Shown piece after piece: positions 52,650 to 64,000 of a DNA stretch of 64,000 nt. Position 1 is the stretch's first letter. The number at the start of each line of letters is the position of its first letter. This stretch comes from Rhizophagus irregularis (taxonomy: Eukaryota), in the NCBI RefSeq assembly GCF_026210795.1, contig NC_089433.1, forward strand, positions 4,464,001-4,528,000, read 5' to 3'. The notes below the pieces were generated by a model that made no database searches, was not told the DNA's origin, and saw only the letters and a program-made list of their open reading frames with translations. Made by a program: the position numbers and the translations under genes.

Positions 52650-55140
52650 ATTAAAAAATTTATTATTAATTAAAAAAAAATTTAGTATTAATATTGATTA
52701 TTATATTATCACTTTTTATAATTCTTTTTTTCGTATTTTTCAGTTAATTTTTTTAAAATAAAAAATATTCTATCGGATGGTAGCCACGACTGACGACTCC
52801 CGAGTTTCACGATTCACAAAATCATTTTGTACTCTATATAAGTAACCAAGTGGCGCATTTTGTAGATCCGAAAGTCATTTGATCATGCCATTTTGCCAAA
52901 TCAATTCTAAACTATTGTTTACAAGCAAGCACCGTTCCATCGCACAAGATACTCGGGTAATACCTGGGTTCGGAAGTTATATTGTACCTTGGAAACACCA
53001 TCTAATATCGAAAGATTAAATTTTTTTTTAACCTTTAAATATGCAGATTTTATCGAATTAAATAAATAAAAAAAAATAATCGTATAAATAAAAAAGTAAA
53101 TTGAAGAAAAATAAAAAAAAGATCGGTAAAATGATATTTCTGTAAATTATCCCCCTTTAATAAGATTTCGGCAAGTTGCGACATTTTTGGTCAAGTGACT
53201 TTCGGTAATACAGGTTCTACAATATTTATTTGTCAAAATGATGAACGAATCATAGAAATTCGTGTAACTATTTTTGGTTGATATTATCTCGTTTTTAAAA
53301 TTTTTTACTTTCTTAAATTACCGTAAATGTAAAGTATTACAAGTAACACTCAAACCACGAAGAATTCTTTGGAATGTAATACAAATAAACTTTTTTTTTT
53401 TTTAATTCGTTAATTCGATAGACAATAATTACAATAATTTAACAATTATAATTAATTGGATGGTATACATAATTCAATTTTGGCGTATATATTAAAAATT
53501 ATTGTTTTTTTCATAATATTTAATATGCTGCGGTTATTGCTTCAGCGGCTTCAGCTAGTGTTGATATGTGAAATCATTATTTGAAACCTAGTAGCGTGGC
53601 CAGTCATTTCTCTAGTCATCGTACGTCCAAATAGATATTAGATTAATTTTTTTCTCAAACCATTGATATTATGTTTGATATTTTATTGATGATTTTGGGT
53701 TGATTAAAGCAATGATAGCCTCAATTTACAGAATTATGTTTAGTTACGACTTACTCAATATCGTATAATTAACTTGTCTGATATATATAATTAGGATTAT
53801 TCTCTATGTATTTATACTGTAAGACCAGTAATATTGTTAAGAGATTTTTTTTAGTTAAAAATTGCTTACATTTACTTTTAAAATAAGAAAATTTTATTTT
53901 TTAATTAGTTAATTGATTAATTAAAAAAAATTAATTGCCCATATATTGTGGAAAGGTACAGTAACTCACCAGATCTTATATTTTAGTTTCAAATAAACAG
54001 CTACTTTTGATATTATCACAATTTCATTTATTATCACATTATTATTATTTATTTTTTATTTTTAATTCACAAAATGAAATAACAATCAATCAACATGGAG
54101 AGAGAAAATTAAAATTACTTGTTTGGAAACCGAGTTACAGTAAAAATTACCGAGTCCTACAGACTAAGACCGAAAGTAATTCGCTAAACTAATAACCAAA
54201 ACACGGCTGTACCTTACAGAAACAGGGTGTTACCACCTTGATTGGAAAAAAAAGAAAGAACAGGAGGGGGATAAACCACCTCCTGAACGAATATCACATT
54301 ATTATTGTTTTTATTATGGGGTCATATGGTCATATGGCCATGTAACACGAATTTCAAAAATTTTTATTTTTATTTTTATAGCCAAGTAACATTACAAACT
54401 AACATGTAACTCAATCAAAAATCGTTGCATAATGCGTGGCTAAATTAATAAAATTCTTCGATCATGTGATCTGTTTTATTTATCACATCGTTACGCCCCG
54501 TCCGAGTTTTTTATCTGAGGGACTTATTTTTTTCTAGTAGATGAAATCCTAATTGCCACATATTATTCATCACAAAATTTTTCGATCATGTGTCAGTGCA
54601 TAACGCCGGCCGAGTTCGATGAATTTTCTGGGTGCCGTTGGGGTAGTTGCTAAATTATGTGAATCACATGATCGAGTTTTTTTTTTTATACAAATAATCC
54701 TTTATCACGTTATCGTGAAAGCTCCTTTGCACAAAAATACACTTATTTAACTTACAATTAATTAAAAATTTCGGCTTATATTTTTCTTTTCGCGAAAATT
54801 TATTTATATTTACAACATGTAATACAAAATTGTATTACTCTTATTATGATTGCAAAATTTCAAAAAAGCTTATCTATATTTCCTATCACCCTTATCATGG
54901 TTGCAAAATCGTTTGAAATATTGTAGAAGCTTATCTATGTTTACGCGAGTAATTCAATTGTATTACCCTTATTATGCTATGCTTACAAATCGATTGGTAA
55001 ATTTGACTTTTTTTTTTGCAAAAGCTTATCTATACTTACACACAAGTATAACTTTTATTACTCCTATAAAGGCTATAAAATCGATTAAAATTTGGCGTCT
55101 TTTTTTTCTGAAAAACAGTTCATAACCTGTTTCTTTGAGA

Positions 55141-57215
55141 TAGTAATTTCAAATCAAGACAACTATGGGGCATGTAATAAATATGATGAACAATATACGA
55201 ATTTATATAATAAGCATTTATTAGTTATTATAATTAGTGAAATTCTTAAAATACACAGAATATCTCAATGTCCAAGGATGAAAGATTATATTAATGTTTT
55301 CATCACATTTTTGATTTTTCACAATAAATTTCTTTAAAAGTATACAAATGTAATTAAAGCTAAGAATGGTGTAATCATGTCAAATGGATTATTTTAAAAA
55401 AAATTTTACAAATTGAACAAGTTAAAATAAAAAAAATTGATAATCTTATTCAAGAAATACAATTAAAATCTATTTTTAAAGTCTGATATAATATTTGAGT
55501 GGATATCATTTGATCAAGTTAAGTGATATTCAAAAAATAATAAAGATGATATTTTCTGCGTTATAGAAGAATGGCCCATTATATTATTATAATAGAGAAT
55601 GGACAAGAGAATCAAATAAAACAATTACTTTAAAATATTTATAACTCACAAAGTATTATTGAATTCCTAAACAAGGTATGAAATTTTAAAAGAAGTAATT
55701 TTTTTAAAAAAATACTTTCAGTTTTTCTTAATTTTTGTTTGTAAGATTAAGGTAAATTATTTAGTTTAGGGATTGGAACCGGTTAATGTTAACCAGATAA
55801 TTAACCGGTTAAAGCGGTAAACCGGTTAAGATAATCCAAAAAATGGTTAAATATGAAGATTGTCATCAGATAATTTTTTAATTCAGAACTTCCGATATTC
55901 CTATATTGGCTAACGGCTAGCTAAAAAAATAAACTGATTGAAACTTTTTTATTGCTCAATTTTTTACGAAATTTTTTTTTAAAATTATTTTTTTATTTTT
56001 TATACAACATGGATGATATTGACTATAGAGACATATAAGAATCTCGATCTGAGTCATCAAGACAACAATCTTCTTTTTATTAAAAGAAATTCAAAGTATT
56101 TAAGTTGTTAGCACTAATAAGGTAAATAAATATCATAATTAAATACTTGAAATGTTATTTATAAAGTCTTTTTAGAGAAAATAGGTTAAGAACAACCAAT
56201 CGTTTTTGTTATTTCAATTTTTATCATTTTTACTAGTATTTATATTTACATTATTCATATAAATTATGTGTTTACAATTTATCAAATATTTATGAATAAA
56301 GTTAAAAATGTGTTTTTATCATAAATGATGCATAATTTTAAGAGTAAAATTGAAATAGATTTATAAAGTATTCAAATGGGCAAAATAAAACTTATAAACG
56401 CGTTAAACGTAAAACTTATATCTTTAACCGGTTATTATCTGGTTAAACGTTCCGATTAACCAGTTTTTAACCGGTTAAGATTTTTTTGGACGGTTCCAAT
56501 CCCTAATTTAGTTAATAAATAAAATCATGAAGACTATATTATTATTATTATTATTCCAAACGTATATTGTCAAACATGTGATGAAGAATATAAATTCGCG
56601 TTATTTATTGTATGAATGGTGTGAAATATGTCAGATTAATTATTTAAAGGATAATTTTGCAAATTGGACTAGAGGGAATGGAAAATTACTAGATTGTTTA
56701 ATTCAAGATTTAATTCAAGAAATGCAATCAGAAATCAATTCCTTTTATGATGCAATATTTGAATGACCATACAATCATTTTGATGATACTAAAGAAGTTG
56801 TCTTTACTGAAGAATATTTAGCAACATGGAAGGATAACCCATTAAAATATAACAAAAGAAATGGCAAATATATAAGAAATCCATAATGCCTATCTTAACC
56901 TAAATTATGAAAATAATTATTATATTAAAGAATATTTAAATAAATCTAATAAATTTCATACCTCATTTAAAGATTTCTTTTGTTCTGCTGGAATTTTTTA
57001 AGGCTCCATATACAAAACATTACATTATGGTTCTTCGAAATTATTATAATAATTTATGTGAAAAGTGTAATGGATCATGTCATGCAAATTATTTAAAAAA
57101 ATTATTTATTAATTGGACAAGTGGAAACAAAAAATCGATAATTTAATTCTAAAAATGCAATCAAAATCAATCAACATGTATATACAGTATTTGAATGGAT
57201 TCCATATGATCAGTT
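55141..57215 (+). pseudogene. Pseudogene of a kinase-type N-terminal repeat region (WTSGN...IQEMQ...FEWIPY modules), interrupted by a hAT MITE
   Basis: Three degenerate modules, e.g. EWCEICQINYLKDNFANWTRGNG...IQEMQ...IFE*PY and NWTSGNKK...VFEWIPYDQL, with stops and frameshifts. Confidence 0.75.
55767..56505. mobile_element. 739-bp non-autonomous hAT element
   Basis: 15-bp perfect TIRs tagggattggaaccg / cggttccaatcccta and a perfect 8-bp TSD ATTTAGTT (55759-66, 56506-13); AACCGGTT subterminal repeats. Confidence 0.93.
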
Positions 57216-57519
57216 AAAAACTTTATTGTTAATATTATAAATTCTATATATGCCACCAAAAATACTTTAGATGAAAGCCAACATTATGATATCCCAAATG
57301 TACAAATTCAAATTATTTTGTACATTACAAATCTTTTTGTACACCTGCCTCAAATTCTTTTGTAAATCCCAAATTATTTTACTTAATTTTTTGCACATAG
57401 ATTATAGAAATTAAAAAGTAGAAACTTAGAAATTATTTATTTTCAATCAATTCTGTAAATTTAATAACATTTGAATTAATTTGTGTTTCAACAAGCTTTT
57501 CTTTATCATTCTCTACCAT

Positions 57520-59770
57520 TCATTTACTTTATATTTATTATCATTATCATTAAATTCTTCATTTTCATTATTATCTTCAATATCAAAAAGTTAAGAGGTT
57601 TGAGCAATTATGTCTTGTAATTTTTGCTATGATATATCTATAGGTAATTTCAGAATTTGTATTATTTGAATATTTGAAATATAATAAGAATAAACTTTGG
57701 CCATGTTTTGTAATAAATCATAATTGAAACTAGAATTTTAAAAAAAGTTTATTATTAAATATGTTGCATAATAAATAAATTAAAAATTAATAAAATAACT
57801 TACCATAGTTGTCTTTTATTCATATACCAACCTAAAACTGAAAAGTCATGGTCACAACTTGCATTATGTAGCTTTATAGCATTGACAATTAATGCCAGTT
57901 GTTGAATATGATACTTTTTTGTTTACACATTAGCCACCAATTTTTGACATTATGAATTCCAGATACAAATTCAAAATCATGAGGTTAAATTTTAAGAGAA
58001 TAGTATGTTAATTGAGCAATTAATTTATTTGCTGAATTGCTTCCTTTTCCTAATACTTTCCAAATGAATAATGCTTTTCACAAATTATTCAAAAAGTAAT
58101 TTTGTTATAAACCTATATCTAAAAATGAACAAAATAATTCTAATTTAATTTTTAAAACTTAAAACAATTATATAATTTTTTTTAAAAATATTTACCTCTA
58201 TAATTTGGATGCAAAAAATATGCGAGTAGGTATAAGTCAAAGTTAAATTCTTGCCACTTTTTATTAAAAATTGGTTACATTTAGAATGAAAATTGATAGT
58301 TCTGATTTGAAGTAATTCTTTTATAGATGCAGCCATAGTTGCAAGACAAATAAAACAATTTGCTAATATAACTTTTTATGTTCAAGTATTATGATAGCTT
58401 TTTTAATTGGATTTAAAATTGAACAAAGATCTTCTATATCATGACCTCCAGAACCACGTACTGATGAACAAGTTCAGGTCCGGCCTCCAGTTGAGCCTTC
58501 TGATGAACAAGTTCAGATCCGGCCTCCAGAACCACGTACTGATGAACAAGTTCAGGTCCGGCCTCCAGAACCACATTAAAATTGCAACAGCAAATAATGG
58601 ATAGTATTTCAGCGCTAAATAGCTGTCTTTCATATTCTGTTAACTAAATAAAAAAAAATATAAATAAAATAAAATATATTAATAAATTATAATTGTTTTC
58701 TTGGCCAAAACTCATTTTTTGCTAATTAGAAAATAAACTATAAATATATACTTACATTTTTTAATTGATTTTATAGCATCAAACAATTGAATCAGTGCAA
58801 TTAAATGCAGTAGTCCATCAAGTTTTAACATGTTTTTTTAAACCACCGCCTGGTACCAAATTTTTAATTATATCTTTTCTTAATAATGCACACTTTTATG
58901 TGAACTAGTAAAAAAAGTAACTATTTTTCTACATTCACTAGTTAGATTAGATATCTATTCCAGGTTCATAATATCAGTGGTTAAAAGATTGATAATTATA
59001 TAGGAATGGTGAGTAATGATCATTTTTTTAGCTAATGCTACATTAGAAGCATGATCTGAGATAACAGTGCAAAATTTTTTAATACCAACATCATCCATTA
59101 TTTGTAAAATTTCATTGCTTAAAAATTCTCCTGTATGTGAATTCTTAAAAAAAATTTTAAAGAGTAAACATATTCTCAGCCTTCATCTGTCATTATTAAC
59201 CAGAGGGTGATATCTATTTATTATCAAAGCCTAAAATAATATATAATAAATATAATTATTATAATAGTAAAGATCAGCAATATATGTTTAATACAAATTA
59301 ATTAGCCTTATGTAAGTTTTGTTTCTTTATCCAATTCCTTACTAATTTCACTAAGTACATAGGTGCACTCTTTATTAACCAAAGTTGTAAAAAGTGCTGT
59401 TCTTTTTGGGAGTTGAAAATTAGGTATAATCTTTTAATAAAGTCAATAAAGAAGGGATTTTCAACTATCCAAAATGGAATACCACAGCAAATAAAAAACT
59501 TTCCATACAATGACTTTGCTTATTATCTGATATAGTTAATTTTCAGCATGCTCAGTGATTTTTGTTTTCCATTTTTTTGGTGGTTCAATTATTTTAATAA
59601 ATCTTCTTCATTACTATTTTTACTATTACATAAAATTTCATAATATTTAGCTCTAATTTCGGGTGGTGATTTTGTACAAGATATAAGCAATATGGACAAT
59701 TATATCAGAACTATTTCCACAGATCTATTATTGTTTACAATAATTGCATTTGTCTCCAGGTCATACTATT
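57520..59770 (-). pseudogene. hAT-family transposase pseudogene (BED finger, RNase H-like core, dimerisation region)
   Basis: DKCNYCKQ, FFICCGIPFWIVENPFFIDFIK, VISDHASNVALAKK, GGGLKKHVKT*WTTAF and HNASCDHDFSVLGWY; multiple stops and frameshifts; intron-like gaps. Confidence 0.82.
58445..58574. repeat. GC-rich 39-bp tandem repeat (3 copies) within the hAT pseudogene
   Basis: ctgatgaacaagttcag(g/a)tccggcctccag at 58461, 58500 and 58539 with 9-nt linkers. Confidence 0.9.
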
Positions 59771-59899
59771 TGGTAAAAAGTTAAGCTGGCTGTACAAATG
59801 TTAAATTGGCTGAGATTAGATTTAAACAAGTATTTAGCCATGATTAGGGATTGAGCGTCATGAGAAAAAATATTGTTATGAGTGCCTAAACAAAGTTGA

Positions 59900-60600
59900 G
59901 CCTGTCTACAATAAATTAAAATAGTAGTGTCTGATGGTTATTAATAATATATGCAAAGTGACTTAATTGTTGAGCATAAACCCTTGACCAAATGCTGTGC
60001 AAGTCTAGAATATTTATGTAGTGAAGAAAGGCAGTTGGGAAGCATCTGGGGAGGCCACATTTTTGTTTGGCTAAGAAAATAACAGGTTGATATGTCATTC
60101 CATTCTTGTTCAGATAAAGTAGCTAGTTGACTAATGTAAATGAGTTTTGGTAAAAGAATATGATTCACCAAATATACACTTGTTCTATAGAGATTTTCTT
60201 TTTTTTGTACATTTAATACTTTATTGAGATCAAAAAAAAGAGTGCAATATGGCATAATACAATAACTATCAATCCTAATATTGTGATTTTCTTAAATTGT
60301 AGTGGTTGAAGAAATTCATTAATAATATTGTAGTGATATTTTTATTAAAAGAGGTATAATTATTATTGATATGAAGTGTTGAAAAAATATTATTATCATT
60401 TGTAGAAGAGTTATTATAAGTGCGATATTTGAAGAATATTTTTGTCAGCATAATATAATCCTAGAATAAGTGCATTAATTGATTCAACATGTTGTGTTGA
60501 TTGCATCTCTGCAGGAAATAAATACATGGAGAAATACTCAAGGTGTGACTTCCCAGAGTAGAACATCCATAATATGTGTCCCCATCTGTATTCTATTTAT
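59900..60600 (-). mobile_element. MULE/FAR1-like transposase relic
   Basis: FPAEMQSTQHVESINALI at ~60470-60520 matches the MULE 'STQRxESxN' motif; the rest is heavily degraded. Confidence 0.6.
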
Positions 60601-60989
60601 ATATGAATAAGCCCATGAATGTTGAGTTGATTAAATAGGATTTCCTTACAAATCAATTTCAAAATCTTCCTTTTCATTGGCTTTTACAAATATTAATATT
60701 ACTTAGTTGAACTGTTATATTAATTATATGTGTGGGGCAATGATGTTATTTTTTTTTAAAGTTAATTTCTTTTTGACTACAGGTATATTTGATGAGTACA
60801 AACACAGCATTGTAACTAACAATTGCAACAATTTTATTTACTCCTACTTTGCAAATAACTTTTGATAAATACTTCACAGTGTGTGAATATCTGCCATAAT
60901 TGCCTTTTTTATATGCCATTTGCATAGTTGAATTTTATTTCATTCCACCCTAATCTATGCCTTGAAGAATCTTGTGCAGTTTGGATTAT

Positions 60990-62110
60990 CCATTTGGTAA
61001 ATAACACTGTTTTGTCTGTTAGTAAAAAGGTTAATTAATTAAAAACATAGTAATATGAAGTGGAATTTTGATTTGTTTGAAAAGCCAACTTTAAAATACT
61101 GATGTCAACCCTGTCATAGGCTTTTGAAAGATCTTGAAGAACTATTTATGGATCTTGTTTTTGGATTCTTGCCTTTAAAGTGTGTAGCATTGTCACATTG
61201 ATTTATGTGAAATCTTTATCTGTAAGATAAATTTTGGATCCAATCTTATATTGCACAATTTACTAAGAAATTTTGAAGAACAGTAGTGCATATTATTAAT
61301 TTAATTAAATGTTAATTTTTGACATTTCCTACTTTTAAATACTCTAGAAACAGTAATTGTCATCTTCTATAATTTGGTATATAATTATATTTTCATAATT
61401 AAAAATGATATGTAATTCATCTTGAATCCAATTGTCCAAAAAATAATTGGTATTTATAGTATTATTCTCCATTTAATTTATACTGTTCTTGTGAGAATGC
61501 TTTCCATTTATTGTTTGAAGATATGTTCATATTCTTATAAGAGAGTAATGACCCTTGTAAAATAAATCTGGATCTAATTAAGATTATATATCTACTTAGG
61601 ATACAAGAGAGCAAATTCCATTACTATGCTGATTTTTTTTAACAAGGTATATGGTTCTCAGCTTATTTAGGGATAATTCCAACATTTTAAGAATATTAAA
61701 TAAATTATTGGAGTGAAAATTAGGAAATGACAAGACATTATAAACTCTTAAAAATTGACTTTAATTGGGAATTATATATAAAAAAAAATAAGTAAAGCAA
61801 TGGAACTTTTTTTTATAAAATAATTAAGTAAACAATGGAACATTTTTAATAATGATAATCTCATAATTAGCCTATAGCCCCTTGTAGATCTTACTTTGGT
61901 TAATTGCACATTCCATTTCTTGTATATCATAAGCCTTTCCTTATTACTTTCAATATAGAGAAAATTTTTGGACTAATCCATTAATTTCTACATATTAATA
62001 ATGAAGCTATTCCTGCATATTTTATTATTATTAAATATCCTGAATATTATAATTCCAATATTAGATAATTGAAAAAAATAAAAGATGCCAGTTATTCTAT
62101 TCTCTGGTTG
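60990..62110 (-). mobile_element. Non-LTR (LINE) reverse transcriptase relic
   Basis: VLQDLSKAYDRVDISILKLAFQ at ~61077-61142 matches the RT 'DxxKAYD' motif; surrounding frames are broken. Confidence 0.72.
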
Positions 62111-62328
62111 TAGACAGATTTGCCATTAATTAAAAAATATGAATTTTCAGTATTCCCAAAAAATATATTTACATTTTCTAATTATCTAATTAATTGAATA
62201 TTTTTAAAAAAGATTACTATGTTTTTACATCCAAAATAAGATCAATTCTTTAAGGCCAGTTGCTTCAGCATGGCGTGCAAATCATTCAGTCCCAAATCTC
62301 CAAAAATAGATTCTGATTGAGTAATGTT

Positions 62329-62480
62329 TTATAATCCAATATATTCTTCCACAAAAGTCTTACAGAAATTAAACACCACGTGTGAGAAACGAATAACATG
62401 AATATAAGGAAGTTTTATTAAATTTTTAAAAATTTCATTAAGACAATCATCATTAAGTTGATCCGTTATGTTATTCAATA
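62329..62480 (-). pseudogene. F-box gene remnant
   Basis: QLNDDCLNEIFKNL resembles the F-box start of 51453-52649, then the frame is lost. Confidence 0.5.
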
Positions 62481-64000
62481 CTTTAAAGTCAAAAGCCGAT
62501 GAGGAGGAGGATGAGACTTTGAGTCTTAATTCAAAATCTTTTGAAAAATTTTTGGATATGTTCAAATGTTTTTACATTTTTAAATTGAAAGAAATAATAT
62601 AAATAAGAAAATTTAAATAAATAAAAAAATCTCAATGTTGTAGGATGATTACAATTTAACTTGAATACATATCATTTTTATGGATGAAAACTCAGAATAA
62701 CTTAGATTAAATACAGTATACTCTATTAAATATCAGTTTATCAGTTTTTCCATAATAACTTAAAAGTTGATTTAAATTTCAATATATTTTAGTTAGTTTA
62801 TTGAATATTAAATCAATGACTTCATTAGGTGTATTCTTTAGTCTGTTAATCTTTATTTCAAGATTCTGGACTAATATCCTCTAAATAAAGGCACTGATGT
62901 TGCAAGCATACATATGTACTTTTGATAGATTAATAAATTCATTGTGTAGATTAATCCATACAAAATGTTAAATTCATTGTATATATAAATATATATAAGT
63001 CCCTTTAATGCAATGATCTTCAATTTCATAATAAAATTAAAAGTAGTTCATTGTGTTTGATAGATTCGGACTGGGCCTATTTCAAAAATATAATAAGCAC
63101 AAATGACCATAATATAGAAATGTTCTGAGATAATATGTTTTATCTCCTTTTTTGCAATGTCTTTTTCCCAATAAGCTGTCCAAGAAAATATGAAAACTGG
63201 AATTTGCTGCAACTTTAAATAAGTTGATATATAAATGATCATAATGAATTCAGCTCTACAACATTGTACTCCCATTTTGGAATAATATGTGTTGAAGGTT
63301 CATAGTGAACTTGATGCTAAACTATTTGAAATAATTTGTGTTTCAATAGTGAGTAAGGGCCTACTAGAAAATATATGGGTGTATATTTCTTGTTCCATAA
63401 TGATGTATGTTTGATAATGGTGTATATATAATGATAAGTGTTATTATCCTCCTGATATTTAGCCAGTAAAGCTTCATGTAAATAGATGAAATTAGTGATT
63501 ATAAATCTTAATACAACGAAATCTTATCAAGCATCTCGATATTTGAAAGTATTTATTTTGAGTTTACTATTAATGGGTCTGTTCAGTATATTTATATTAC
63601 TAGGGTTTCATGATGATTTAAGATGTAGATTATCTTAATCTCCCCTAAGCCCTATGAAATTTTAGATGAACCTGTCGGAACTATATTATTAAAAGCCTGT
63701 CTAAGCTTTTCTAAGCCTACAAATATGCCAAAATTAGAAAAATTCAACCAAAACAAGTTATTTCAGAAAACTTTGCCACCGTTAGGATTATTAGAAAGAA
63801 ACCATTTTGTGGCGCAATAAGACAGGTTTGAAAATTCTGATGATAAATAACGAACCAATGATTAACTGTAATAATACAGTAGATGTCTCGTGCCAATTAC
63901 TGGTACAAGACCCATAAATAACTGTATATAAATCTGACAAAAAAAAAAATTCAACTATTAGCTGTACGTATTTTCAGGGCCGGAATTATGATAAATGTTG

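Noticed and set aside
58407..58633. Repeat-peptide ORFs on both strands; CTGATGA as a hammerhead or box C/D motif
   Set aside because: The ORFs arise from the 39-bp period. No GAAA partner or stems for a hammerhead, and no convincing snoRNA layout.

Overview
Very AT-rich eukaryotic DNA with short spliceosomal introns (GTAAGT donors, CTAAY branch points, YAG acceptors). The expanded tyrosine-kinase-like (TKL) kinases with the 'SGNxxIDxFI...WIPY' module, F-box/LRR genes and transposon relics suggest an arbuscular mycorrhizal fungus (Glomeromycotina, Rhizophagus-like); this is inference from gene content. The left ~27 kb is gene-rich. It holds a dual-specificity phosphatase, two convergent paralogous multi-pass membrane genes and a tandemly duplicated head-to-head module of a TKL kinase plus a tail-anchored PD-(D/E)XK nuclease-like protein. 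It also holds a six-exon C2H2 zinc-finger gene missed by the ORF track and an intronless membrane protein gene. The right part is mostly CpG-poor transposon debris (nested CACTA/CMC-like elements carrying satellites, hAT, MULE, LINE and Gypsy relics, MITEs, pseudogenes) plus one intact F-box gene. The main finding is at 33.1-36.6 kb. What looks like a ~100-bp AT-rich minisatellite is, on the minus strand, a chain of canonical introns separated by 31 variable 3-nt exons and one 1-nt exon. Spliced in order they join in frame, without stops, to a kinase and encode a 32-residue N-terminal segment (VSDWFRNGPYDEEWYHEEWYLNEEYRSPRSIE). All gene models were read by eye and need transcript confirmation.
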